A stretch of DNA of 64,000 nt from Candidatus Sungiibacteriota bacterium. GTDB taxonomy: Bacteria > Patescibacteriota > Minisyncoccia > Sungbacterales > HO2-52-23. Each line of letters opens with the position of its first letter. The stretch's first letter is position 1. The notes below the pieces were generated by a model, which had not been told where the DNA came from, ran no database searches, and worked only from the letters and a program-made list of their open reading frames with translations. This document shows, piece by piece, positions 54,473 through 63,999 of this stretch. Both the position numbers and the translations under genes were made by a program. The stretch spans positions 8,317 through 72,316 of the forward strand of contig JACOYX010000017.1 in assembly GCA_016181585.1 (NCBI GenBank). Reading direction: 5' to 3'.

Positions 54473-55444
54473 TTAGCTAAATCCTCCATCCCAAATATAT
54501 TCTTTTTCTTTTACTTTGAATGAAGAAGTTTTTTCTACGCCCTTTTTCATCCTCAAAAGCACTCCCGCGCACTTCCAATAGAGCTTAGCCGGCCAATACA
54601 AAAAAGGATGTTCCTTGAGAAATTTATTTATGCGGAATTTATAATACCACATGCGCGGAACGGAACGCTTCATCACCGTATAAATAAGATTCCGGCTCTT
54701 TTTATGCCACCGCTCATACGCTTCAGGAGACATCGGAGACTGAATATGGTGATACATCTTCACTCTGCAAAACTTTACATTGGCGCCGTTTTTAATAAAT
54801 GCCAGCACATACTCCATATCACCCTCCCATGTTGACATAAGCCCGCCCAACGCATGTGATTTGCGCCGCACAAAATGTCCAAAAGAAGACGCCGCGCGAT
54901 AGCGAAAAACATCAGTAATATCTTTTCCATAATTTACCCCTGGAGGAAGATAAGAAGTAACAATCTTTCCCGCCTTAGCAGTGTTCTCCCCTGAAAGATA
55001 TGCGGCAGTATCTGTGCCATATATTTCTTTTGTTCCGCCGCATACCAGCATATCCACCTCCGGATGCTGTTCCATTACCTCCGCCGCCTTTTCCATCGCG
55101 TCGCGATAATAGATATCGTCGTCCAAAAGCAGTTTGATATATTTCCCGCTCGAGAGCAGGATTCCTTTATTGCACGCCTCGTTCGCACAACGGTCTTTCT
55201 CGGAAATGAAAATATCCACAATATCCGCGTATTTTTGCACCACTTTTTTTGTGCCGTCTTCCGACGCGCCGTCAACGACAATCAATTCATCTTGCGGCCC
55301 CACAAGTTCCCTTGCACGCGTTAAAAAATCATCCAGAATGGCGGCGCGGTTTTTGGTAATTACGATATATGAAATCCTTTTGGTAGAATGCGCATCAAAG
55401 GAAGTGTTTGGAAATATTTTTTTTTGTGTATTAATTTCTGACAT
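54473..55444 (-). CDS. GT2 glycosyltransferase
   Basis: TKNR, VDGASEDGT, DDD; paralog of 58997-59875. Confidence 0.85.
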   Translation of the reverse strand: MSEINTQKKIFPNTSFDAHSTKRISYIVITKNRAAILDDFLTRARELVGPQDELIVVDGASEDGTKKVVQKYADIVDIFISEKDRCANEACNKGILLSSGKYIKLLLDDDIYYRDAMEKAAEVMEQHPEVDMLVCGGTKEIYGTDTAAYLSGENTAKAGKIVTSYLPPGVNYGKDITDVFRYRAASSFGHFVRRKSHALGGLMSTWEGDMEYVLAFIKNGANVKFCRVKMYHHIQSPMSPEAYERWHKKSRNLIYTVMKRSVPRMWYYKFRINKFLKEHPFLYWPAKLYWKCAGVLLRMKKGVEKTSSFKVKEKEYIWDGGFS

Positions 55445-55485
55445 TGCAAAATTTAAAAATCAAAATTAAAAATGATGCTTCGGGC

Positions 55486-55545
55486 GTCATCCCGGCGGAA
55501 GCTGGGATCCAAGTTCTCTGGATCCCGCATCTAGTGCGGGATGAC
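55486..55545. repeat. RPE-like palindrome (GTCATCCCG type)
   Basis: gtcatcccggcggaagctgggatcca...tggatcccgcatctagtgcgggatgac. Confidence 0.75.
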
Positions 55546-55571
55546 ACCGCTGTGTCATTTTTCATTTTGTA

Positions 55572-56573
55572 TTAGATTTCATGCATATCTTCTTCCATTT
55601 GAAAAATAACCTTGCTCCCTTCCTGTTCAAACTTAAACGGCACATGAGGCAATGCGACTACCGCTTTTATTTTCTCATGCATTTCCGGCAATGCGAAAAT
55701 AAGCATGAATCCTCCGCCTCCCGCTCCCAAAAGTTTCCCTCCCAAGGCGCCCTCACTGCGCGCGCGGGCGTAGATGTCATCGATAAACGAATTGGTGATT
55801 TTTGTGCTCAGAGTGCGCTTTAATTGCCACGATTCGTGAAGCAGGGCGCCAAAATCGGCAAATCGCGCGGGACTCGTGGTCAATATTTTTTCCGCCTCAT
55901 CCACCATCTCGAGCATTCTCCACAATTCTGCGCTTTTGTCGTGCGTATTTTTAATCTGCTCAATCGCTATATCCGAAGCGTTGCGCGCTTGCCCCGTATT
56001 AAACAAAATCAAATGCGCTTCGAGTGCGCGTATAGCGGAGGTTTCAAGAGGAAGCGGCGTAACATGAATTTTTTTATCTCCCCCGAATTCAATTTTGTTA
56101 ATCCCTCCAAATGCCGTTGCGGTCTGATCCTGCGAGCCGACATTTTCTTTGATGCAGTTTTGCTCCACATGAATAGCGTCAGTAGCAAGCTGGTATTTTG
56201 TAACCTCCCTTTTCTGCAGTGCATAGAGCGCATGCAAAAAACCAACCGTAAACGCGGAGCTCGAGCCAAGCCCTGAACGCCCCGGCACGTCGGTATTGTG
56301 CTGAAGTTCGATCCCTTTGCCAAGGTTTACATACGATAAACACTCCCGCGCCGAAGGATGCCTGATTTCGTGAATATGCTGAGTTTCCTCCTGCTCACGA
56401 TAGCGGATGCGATAGTTGAAATTGAAAAATGGTGGCAGATACCTGCACGTTACATAGCAATACTTATTTATGGAAGCGGAAAGCACCGCCCCTCCATTTT
56501 TTTCGTACCAAACAGGATAATCCGTTCCGCCTCCGAAAAAAGAAATACGGAACGGCGTTCGTGTGATAATCAT
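55572..56573 (-). CDS. hddA: GHMP sugar kinase (heptose-7-phosphate kinase-like)
   Basis: RTPFRISFFGGGTD, SGLGSS, GSQDQ, GGKLLGAGGGGF. Confidence 0.88.
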   Translation of the reverse strand: MIITRTPFRISFFGGGTDYPVWYEKNGGAVLSASINKYCYVTCRYLPPFFNFNYRIRYREQEETQHIHEIRHPSARECLSYVNLGKGIELQHNTDVPGRSGLGSSSAFTVGFLHALYALQKREVTKYQLATDAIHVEQNCIKENVGSQDQTATAFGGINKIEFGGDKKIHVTPLPLETSAIRALEAHLILFNTGQARNASDIAIEQIKNTHDKSAELWRMLEMVDEAEKILTTSPARFADFGALLHESWQLKRTLSTKITNSFIDDIYARARSEGALGGKLLGAGGGGFMLIFALPEMHEKIKAVVALPHVPFKFEQEGSKVIFQMEEDMHEI

Positions 56574-56594
56574 ATTTTCGACACCAGTTGATTC

Positions 56595-57650
56595 TTAAAA
56601 CGGTCCGCGAAATTTATGTTCCCAGCTATTGGGCGCTTCTTTTGGCAAAACGCAAGGCTTCAGCTCAAGTTTTTTTTCAACGCTTCGCACGATAGACAGC
56701 GAATCTGGATAAAATACATTTTCGAGCTGGCGTGTCGTAGGACAGGGAGTATGGGGAAAACCAATGCGTACGACCGGCGACTGCAGTTTTTTAAAGCATT
56801 TTTCCTGCACCAATGCGGCTACTTCCGCGCTGAACCCGCAAAAAAGCCAATCATAATCGGCAACGATGCAATGGCCTGTTTTCTCCACCGATTGAAGAAT
56901 AATTTTTTCGTCCAAGGGATAAATTGTCCGCGGATCAATAATTTCCACTTGTATACCGTGCGCCGCTTCCAGAATTTCCGCCGCTTTAAACGCCTCCACA
57001 TTCATCCATGAGGTGGCGACAATGGTGATATCTTTTCCCTTGCGGAATATTTTCCCTTTTCCCAATGGCACTTCGTAGGGCTCCGCAGGAACTTCGCCTT
57101 CAACCCAATAGAGCTGGCGATGTTCTAAAACAATCACCGGATTTTCGTCGCGGATAGCCGCAATTAAAATCCCTTTGATGTCATAAGGAGTTACCGGCAT
57201 CACCACCTTCAAACCGGGAATATGGGCAAAGATCGATTGCATGCTTTTGCTATGCTGGAATCCTTGTCCCCATCCGCGCCCGATAATAGACCGTATAACC
57301 AACGGCACTTTCAGTTTTCCTCCCGATCCGTAATGATACGAGGAAACCATATTGCCGAGCTGATTCATGGCAAGGAGCAAAAAATCACTGCGTATATGGA
57401 TATTGACCGGACGCAATCCGGCAATCGCCGCACCGAGTCCGACGCCCATAAGCGCCTCTTCGGAAAGCGGCGTGCTAAACATCCGTTCACTGCCGAATTG
57501 CTCCAAAATCCCAAACGTACTACCCGAAGTCCGCTTGTGATCCGCAACATCAAGTCCATATAAAAACACAGAAGAATCGCGCTCCATTTCTTGCTGCAGC
57601 GCTTCACCAATGGCGGTGCTGTAGGAAATAATTCTATTTTTCTTCATCAT
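56595..57650 (-). CDS. ThDP-dependent E1 beta subunit (PDH/transketolase-like)
   Basis: STPLSE, GLRP, QHS, HIPGLKV, IIDPRTIYPLD. Confidence 0.9.
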   Translation of the reverse strand: MMKKNRIISYSTAIGEALQQEMERDSSVFLYGLDVADHKRTSGSTFGILEQFGSERMFSTPLSEEALMGVGLGAAIAGLRPVNIHIRSDFLLLAMNQLGNMVSSYHYGSGGKLKVPLVIRSIIGRGWGQGFQHSKSMQSIFAHIPGLKVVMPVTPYDIKGILIAAIRDENPVIVLEHRQLYWVEGEVPAEPYEVPLGKGKIFRKGKDITIVATSWMNVEAFKAAEILEAAHGIQVEIIDPRTIYPLDEKIILQSVEKTGHCIVADYDWLFCGFSAEVAALVQEKCFKKLQSPVVRIGFPHTPCPTTRQLENVFYPDSLSIVRSVEKKLELKPCVLPKEAPNSWEHKFRGPF

Positions 57651-57658
57651 GTGGAAAT

Positions 57659-57895
57659 TAGATCTGCTGATTAAAGATTTTCGTTACGATCCCGACATAT
57701 CGGGACAGAATTTCGAGACAAAATCGCTTAACAAATTTTGCGGTCTAAAACCTGACCTGCTCCGTACCGTTCGGTATGAACGGTCTGGGACGTTTCGGCC
57801 GTTTAAGGCCTATCTGTAAGGTAAGCCAAAAAGTTTTGAAGTGATTTTGGAGCGAATTGAAATTGCAGCAGAATTACCTTTACGCAGTAGGTCAA
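57659..57895. mobile_element. family A copy 4 (diverged, nested modules)
   Basis: tagatctgctgattaaag...ctttacgcagtaggtcaa; 65-bp insert 57742-57806. Confidence 0.75.
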
Positions 57896-57909
57896 TTAAA
57901 TAAAATATA

Positions 57910-58893
57910 CTAGCGCGCTTCGTAAAATACATTGGTAAAAAGTTCTTTTTGATCAGGAAATTTGGCTTTCTTGGCACGCTCAATACTCTCCGCAATCTGT
58001 TTATCAGTCACCCCTTCTTCTTTTTTTATCGCATCCTCCGTTATGCCCAGTCCAAGCAATCGCTTGCGTTGCAAGAGCACAGGATCACGTTTTTGCCATT
58101 GTATAAATTCTTTCTGCGAACGGTATCCCTGGTCAAAATCTTCATTTACTCCCACATGCTCCAGATAGCGATAATAATGCAACCGCAAAAAAGCCGGCTT
58201 TTCCTGCTCGGCATAACCCCGCATTGCTTTTTTAGTGATCGCGGAAATTTCTTCTACGTCAGTAGTGCGCGATTCAAACACATTACCGGTAAATTGTTTT
58301 AAAACATTCACGATAGACCGATATCCGTGGCGTTCTTCACCCGAAGTATGGACCGCGAGACGATTGTCTTCGCAAATAAATAAAATAGGCAGTTTCATGA
58401 GACACGCGATATTCCAGCTTTCCCAAAAAACTCCCTCATCAATCGCACCGTCTCCAAAAAATACCGCCGCCATATTTTTAGTTTTTTTCCGTTTGCATGC
58501 AAGCGCCACGCCTACCGCAACAGGAATAGTGCTTGCCACAATTGCCGATGCGCCCAAAAACCCATGCTCTGGAGAAGAAAGATGCATGGAGCCCGCCTTG
58601 CCGCGTGCAATGCCGGAAACTTTGCCGTAAAGCTCCGCAAAATAGTCATCCGTTTCTTCGGTTTTTGCAAGATACGTGGCGTGGCTTCGATAGGTGCAAA
58701 ACACCTGTCCACGCTCCCCCAGTGCATGGCACACGCCCGCCGCAATCGCTTCAGCGCCGATAGACATATGCATCGGCATTTTCATTTCATTTTCTCCGTA
58801 ATGCGCGCGAATCGCATTTTCAGCTGTACGAATAAGATACAACTGGCGATATAACTTACGGCTTGTTTCTTTTGTGACGGCGTGCTTAACCAT
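57910..58893 (-). CDS. ThDP-dependent E1 alpha subunit
   Basis: HMSIGAE, TYRSH, GSMH, FFGDGA..EG, CEDN, EHVG. Confidence 0.92.
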   Translation of the reverse strand: MVKHAVTKETSRKLYRQLYLIRTAENAIRAHYGENEMKMPMHMSIGAEAIAAGVCHALGERGQVFCTYRSHATYLAKTEETDDYFAELYGKVSGIARGKAGSMHLSSPEHGFLGASAIVASTIPVAVGVALACKRKKTKNMAAVFFGDGAIDEGVFWESWNIACLMKLPILFICEDNRLAVHTSGEERHGYRSIVNVLKQFTGNVFESRTTDVEEISAITKKAMRGYAEQEKPAFLRLHYYRYLEHVGVNEDFDQGYRSQKEFIQWQKRDPVLLQRKRLLGLGITEDAIKKEEGVTDKQIAESIERAKKAKFPDQKELFTNVFYEAR

Positions 58894-58996
58894 AGTAATA
58901 ACCTTACCCCAATCATTAATTTATACAATCCTTGACATTTGTTATTTTATGAGTTCTTTTATCTATTCTCTCCCTGCTTAGCGGTTTCTAAGTAAC

Positions 58997-59875
58997 TCAC
59001 CAGCTAAGTCCTCCATCCCACGATTCGACCACATTTTTTGGAACAGTTTTCCAGATAAAAGAATGCAATGATCCGAACCATGATTGATGTTCTTTCAGAA
59101 ATCTCCACATACAATAACGCAAATAAAAGCGGTACGAACAATACTCCCGTACAACTCGCCGGTCAGCTCCAGATCCTTCTCTTTTTACCGAAACGCCATG
59201 TTGATAAATAATATGGTGATACAAACGCACACGGCAAAATTTTACTATTCCGCCTTTTTTAATAAAAGCCGCGACACATGCAAGATCGGTTAAATGCGTA
59301 AGATATTGCTCACACGGCATCAATTGGCCCATGCGGGCAAATGATTTGCGGCGGGTAAAAAGCCCCAATCCGGCGCCCGCTTTATAGCGAAACGCATCTT
59401 CCGGATGTTTGCCATAGGGAATTCCTGATGGAATATATTTACTACCCATCTTGCGGCCGTCTTTTTCTTTGGTACCGCCGCATACGAGAAGATCAATCTC
59501 CGGATTTTCATCCATAACCTTCACCACATGATCAATACCTTCTTTGAAAAATTTATCATCATCAGTGAGGAGCTGCGTATATCTTCCGCGCGCAAAAACA
59601 ATACCTTTATTAATAGCATTGGGTCCCGATTCATCCGGTTCGGAAATAAATATATCAATCACATCTTTATAGCGCTCCGCCACATCCCTTGTGCTATCCG
59701 TCGAACCACCATCCACTACGATAATTTCATCATCCGGCCCTTTGAGAGAGCGATACCGCTCTAATGCGCTCGCGAGATATTCGGCGCGATTTTTAGTGGG
59801 AAACACAAAAGAAACACGCTTCTCACAAAGCGACTCAAAAGTAGGATCATTGGCTTCCCCTTGTCTTGATTCCAT
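58997..59875 (-). CDS. GT2 glycosyltransferase
   Basis: PTKNR, VDGGSTD, TDDD, C-terminal WDGG. Confidence 0.85.
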   Translation of the reverse strand: MESRQGEANDPTFESLCEKRVSFVFPTKNRAEYLASALERYRSLKGPDDEIIVVDGGSTDSTRDVAERYKDVIDIFISEPDESGPNAINKGIVFARGRYTQLLTDDDKFFKEGIDHVVKVMDENPEIDLLVCGGTKEKDGRKMGSKYIPSGIPYGKHPEDAFRYKAGAGLGLFTRRKSFARMGQLMPCEQYLTHLTDLACVAAFIKKGGIVKFCRVRLYHHIIYQHGVSVKREGSGADRRVVREYCSYRFYLRYCMWRFLKEHQSWFGSLHSFIWKTVPKNVVESWDGGLSW

Positions 59876-59884
59876 TTAAATACA

Positions 59885-59924
59885 AGACCTACTGCGCAAA
59901 GAATTATCTTTGCGCAGTAGGTCT
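59885..59924. repeat. minimal family A element (terminal IRs only)
   Basis: agacctactgcgcaaaga-atta-tctttgcgcagtaggtct. Confidence 0.8.
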
Positions 59925-59929
59925 GCAAT

Positions 59930-60598
59930 TTAAGCCAGTAGCGCACCAATCGGAATCGTGTTCATGAGCGCTTCAAAAGAATCGACAACTTCATCCGCAT
60001 CTTTGAGTGCCAATCTCGGCATGGTAGAGGTGATTGCAATGCAATACGCACCCGCGCCTTTTGCCGCACTCACCCCCAAGGGCGCATTTTCCACCACTAT
60101 GCACGATTCCGCGTCAATTCCCAAGCGACGTGCGCCCTCAAGGTAAGCATCGGGAAACGGCTTCCCGCGCGCCGTCTGTTCTCCTGTCACAACCGCATCA
60201 AAGTGGGAAAGAAAATATTGTGGAGTCGATTTTTGAATACGATCCAGCCTTCCGCCGCTCACAATCGCCATAGGCACATTTTTCTTGCGAAAAAGCGTAA
60301 TATACTCTTCCACTCCGGGATATAATGAAAAATGATTATGCGAAAGATAGTATTCTTCTTTTACACGCAAAATCTCCTCCGCATTTGCGCCACCCACACC
60401 GGCACGCTCGCACACCGTCTGCGCCATGAGCGCTACAGGCATACCCTCAAGCGCGTAAAATATGTCCGCGGCAACGGCGGCATCAAAACGCCCAAGCGCA
60501 TAATTCCATGCGGCAAAGTGATCCCGCATGGTATCCGCAAGCACTCCGTCGAAATCGAAAAGTACGCCCCGAAATTTTACTGTATTATTTTTTATCAT
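59930..60598 (-). CDS. HAD phosphatase / beta-phosphoglucomutase family
   Basis: FDFDGVLADT, GKPFPD, VENAPLG. Confidence 0.9.
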   Translation of the reverse strand: MIKNNTVKFRGVLFDFDGVLADTMRDHFAAWNYALGRFDAAVAADIFYALEGMPVALMAQTVCERAGVGGANAEEILRVKEEYYLSHNHFSLYPGVEEYITLFRKKNVPMAIVSGGRLDRIQKSTPQYFLSHFDAVVTGEQTARGKPFPDAYLEGARRLGIDAESCIVVENAPLGVSAAKGAGAYCIAITSTMPRLALKDADEVVDSFEALMNTIPIGALLA

Positions 60599-61100
60599 GC
60601 AGGAGATTTAACGCTTCTCTCATCCAATCTCCCATGTAATTATAGTGCGGGCTGGTGACTATATTTCCATCCACCACCGCCGGCGCATCCACATAGGTCG
60701 CGCCTGCGTTTTCGATATCGTCTTTAATACTGTAATATCCTGAAATCTTTTTATCTTTTACGATCCGCGCAGAAATCAGAAGTTGGGTGCCGTGGCAGAT
60801 ACAGGCAATCACTTTCCCTTTTTTATGAAATTCAGCAACCGCTTTAATGACTTCCGGCTCTTGGCGCAAATATTCCATACAGCGAGCCCCTCCCGGAAGT
60901 ATGAGAATATCATAATCACTCGCTTTGATATTTTTAAGATTGCGCGTAGGAACTACTTTAATTCCATTGACGCCGAACACAAGTTCTTTATCTTTCACCG
61001 CAACATCTAATTTAAAACCCGCCTCCTGCAGACGGTAGAACGGATAGACATATTCGACATCTTGCACAAATTTACCGGCGATAATAAGCGCTTTTTTCAT
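60585..61100 (-). CDS. DJ-1/PfpI family protein
   Basis: QDVE..YP, LPGG, ICHG. Confidence 0.9.
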   Translation of the reverse strand: MKKALIIAGKFVQDVEYVYPFYRLQEAGFKLDVAVKDKELVFGVNGIKVVPTRNLKNIKASDYDILILPGGARCMEYLRQEPEVIKAVAEFHKKGKVIACICHGTQLLISARIVKDKKISGYYSIKDDIENAGATYVDAPAVVDGNIVTSPHYNYMGDWMREALNLLHDKK

Positions 61101-61867
61101 ACAATTTTTACATCATGTTTAATAATTAGTAACTCTACTTCTTCCGGCATGAGCACATCTTCCCATGTTTGCGGTTCCTGCGCATTGAGCGTGTCTCCCG
61201 CCTCCGCGGCAAGTTGTCCACTGCTATAATAAAAATTTCCGCGGAGAAGCGATATGATGTCGGCATTCGCTTCCGCTAAAACAGTTTTCAATTCCATCGC
61301 ATTAGTGCAACGCGCCATCATCAGCGTACAGTCACCAAATTTTCTGCTTCGGTGGTAGCGATCCTCTTCTTGATGAAAATGGTGCAAAGTATCGTCAAGC
61401 GGCATATGGTGGGTTTTATCTTCATATCCCTTCCCGCTTCGGCCGTATGCATCGGAAAAACGCACCAGATCTTTTTTATTTACCGGAGTTTCTACTTCCA
61501 TCACCACAATTCCTTCCGGAGACAAGGCTTCAGTTGAGTGAAATGTGCCTTTTTCAATTACAAACCCCTGCCCGGCGTTTATCTCATGCGCGGTGTTGAG
61601 CGAGGTTATGCACGCATTGCCCGCAAGCAATACCAGCCCTGTTTTTTTGTTTGGGTGGCAGTGAAGCGATGTTTTATTGCCGTGCGCAATAGAAAGCAAC
61701 CAAACAGCCGTTTGATCATTTTGAAAAATAAGGTATTCATGCCCCCATGGTTTTTTTATCACCACCCGGGAATAATCGAACAAATCATTTTCCTGTGTTG
61801 CGGGATCTATGGCAAGCAAGGATATGTGCTCTTTATCTTTATCAGAAAATTGGAGTTTTTTGATCAT
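61097..61867 (-). CDS. cupin domain protein (mannose-6-P isomerase-like)
   Basis: KPWGHEY, SLHCHP.K, DLVRFSDAYGR. Confidence 0.8.
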   Translation of the reverse strand: MIKKLQFSDKDKEHISLLAIDPATQENDLFDYSRVVIKKPWGHEYLIFQNDQTAVWLLSIAHGNKTSLHCHPNKKTGLVLLAGNACITSLNTAHEINAGQGFVIEKGTFHSTEALSPEGIVVMEVETPVNKKDLVRFSDAYGRSGKGYEDKTHHMPLDDTLHHFHQEEDRYHRSRKFGDCTLMMARCTNAMELKTVLAEANADIISLLRGNFYYSSGQLAAEAGDTLNAQEPQTWEDVLMPEEVELLIIKHDVKIV

Positions 61868-61906
61868 ATCCTGTTGATATAAAAGTATAGGGATATTTTA
61901 AAAATA

Positions 61907-62842
61907 TCAAGAGAGACGAAACATGAATCTTGAATCCGTGTCATCCACCATAATCTCTTTCACTTTTCTGCAAATTTTCTCTGCAGTAGGTGGAAGATTA
62001 TCGAGTTGCGGCGCAAACCCCGCCGCACGTTCTTCCAAACCAAACACACGAATGTTTTTCCCGGTCTTCTGCATCAAATCAAATGCAATGCACTTTGCCG
62101 CGCCATTTTCAAAATCACCATCAAGCACCAAACCGCCGTGCCGAGAACTTTCGAGCGCACGATTCACGTCGGGTGTTGCCACAAACGGCTTTAGCCATGT
62201 GAGATGCACAACATTGCAAGTAATTCCCTCTCCCGCAAGCATATCCACTGCCTTTACTGCTTCGAGTCGCGTGGAGGAAATCGGAAAAAGCGTAAAATCG
62301 GCTTCTGAGTGTACAATATTTTCCATTTCATAATCAATCGGAAAACTTCTGCGATGTTCGCTTATGTACATCGGATCATCATGGGCCATAAAAAATTCCC
62401 ATCCGGCACGCCATTCGTTGGGAGTCATTGGTGCATAAACAAACATGCCGGGCATCCTCGTAAATAAGCTGTGGTGCGACCCCCCGGCAACGGGCCCAAT
62501 GGCTCCGTCCATCGCAATAGAACGCACAAAAATAGGACAGGGAATTCCCCACATGTCTTTCGATTTTGCCGCATAATTCACAATATGCGCGGCATTAAAC
62601 CACTGAAATCCTTGATAACGGACAATATAAATAGGCCGGCGTCCGGCAAGCGCCATTCCCACCGCAATACCGCCACCTGCGACATCCGCCATGGAGAGCT
62701 CAACCAATCCGTCTTCATCACCCATTTCAGGCACTGTTCCTCCTACCCAACCTACCGCAGTCAAGCATTGTCCCAATGCCAAACCATTGTTTTTAAGAAG
62801 ATGTTCGCGCGTTATTTGTTTAATTGTTTCTGCTACGTTCAT
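61907..62842 (-). CDS. ThDP-dependent E1 beta-like subunit (divergent)
   Basis: GQCL, ELSMAD, GRRP, PMTP, SEHR. Confidence 0.85.
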   Translation of the reverse strand: MNVAETIKQITREHLLKNNGLALGQCLTAVGWVGGTVPEMGDEDGLVELSMADVAGGGIAVGMALAGRRPIYIVRYQGFQWFNAAHIVNYAAKSKDMWGIPCPIFVRSIAMDGAIGPVAGGSHHSLFTRMPGMFVYAPMTPNEWRAGWEFFMAHDDPMYISEHRRSFPIDYEMENIVHSEADFTLFPISSTRLEAVKAVDMLAGEGITCNVVHLTWLKPFVATPDVNRALESSRHGGLVLDGDFENGAAKCIAFDLMQKTGKNIRVFGLEERAAGFAPQLDNLPPTAEKICRKVKEIMVDDTDSRFMFRLS

Positions 62843-62851
62843 ATAAAAAGT

Positions 62852-63745
62852 TTATATTGTACCGAGTGCCAGTTGCGTTTCCCATGCCCTGTCCATAGAA
62901 TCCCGCGCATCTTCTTCTATCGACGTTATTTTTTCGTTCATACCCACTTTCTGCAATTCTTCTTTTATCAAAGCAAACCTGTCCCACTCGGGCGGACCAT
63001 CCACACCTGTACCATTATGCCAGAGATGGCGCACCACATGGATATTCATAAATATCGGCATTGCGCCTCCGAATTTCCGCATATGATGCACAATTAACCA
63101 CGGATTATCCGTAATTTCGACAGCCTGTATACCGAAAGCGGCCGCAATGTCGGTCATTTTCCAGTTTCTGCGCACCGCAACTTTAGTCAGAATCGAAAGC
63201 CCATTATCCATACAAACAAATGCCATAGGAAGTTTTTTGTGCGCAGCATATCCCAAAGCGCCAAGCACATAATCCTCTTCCGCGGATGCATCTCCCATCA
63301 CCGCAAGAGTCCGTTTATTTTTTGCAAAAGCATAACCGACTGCGATAGGAATTTGCGTTCCCATGAGCCCGTCATGACCAAACATATTAATCGCCGGCGA
63401 ATGAATAGAGGCCGATCCTCCCATGCCTTTTGCACAACCTGTCGGCCGATGAAGTAATTCATCAATAAGCGCTTCCACACTCCCTCCATAAGCAAGGTAG
63501 AGGTCGTGGCACCGGTGCTGTCCAAAAATGGCTGCATCAGGATACACCAGAGAAAGCGCCGCGGCGACAGACTCCTGTCCCACCGATAAGTAAATCGGCA
63601 TCTTTATAAGCCCTTTATCAAATGCTTTTTTTACATTCAATTCAAAATAACGAATCATGCAGATTCGTTTGAATATCTCCAGTATGTCCTGCTCGCTCAA
63701 TTCCCGTATTACGTTTTCAATTGCTCCGGTATTTTGAGAACGCAT
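62852..63745 (-). CDS. ThDP-dependent E1 alpha-like subunit (divergent)
   Basis: YLSVGQE, QHRCH, GMGGS, MGDASAEE, DN. Confidence 0.88.
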   Translation of the reverse strand: MRSQNTGAIENVIRELSEQDILEIFKRICMIRYFELNVKKAFDKGLIKMPIYLSVGQESVAAALSLVYPDAAIFGQHRCHDLYLAYGGSVEALIDELLHRPTGCAKGMGGSASIHSPAINMFGHDGLMGTQIPIAVGYAFAKNKRTLAVMGDASAEEDYVLGALGYAAHKKLPMAFVCMDNGLSILTKVAVRRNWKMTDIAAAFGIQAVEITDNPWLIVHHMRKFGGAMPIFMNIHVVRHLWHNGTGVDGPPEWDRFALIKEELQKVGMNEKITSIEEDARDSMDRAWETQLALGTI

Positions 63746-63759
63746 AACTTATGTAAAAA

Positions 63760-63999
63760 TTATCGCAACGGCACACGCTCCCGTTTTGCATTTTTACCGG
63801 GAATAAATTCAACTCCTTTATTCAAATAAGTAATTTGCATAATTGGACGCGGGCGGTCTTTGGTAAGGTTGGGGTAAGAGCCATGCACCACGTTTCCGTT
63901 AAGAATAAGCATGCCGCCCTTTTTGACATATACCGTAGATTCTTTTCCCTTATGCTTTGCAGGAAGAAGAACTGTATTGCCGGGATTGGTACCCGGCTT
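63760..63999 (-). CDS. phytanoyl-CoA dioxygenase family protein, C-terminal part
   Basis: Manual translation ...KKGGMLILNGNVVHGSYPNLTKDRPR...* ; 5' end outside the window. Confidence 0.7.
   Translation of the reverse strand, partial: KPGTNPGNTVLLPAKHKGKESTVYVKKGGMLILNGNVVHGSYPNLTKDRPRPIMQITYLNKGVEFIPGKNAKRERVPLR

Noticed and set aside
676-63537. Numerous 60-200 aa antisense or alternate-frame ORFs inside long genes
   Set aside because: Shadow ORFs of well-supported genes with no independent evidence.
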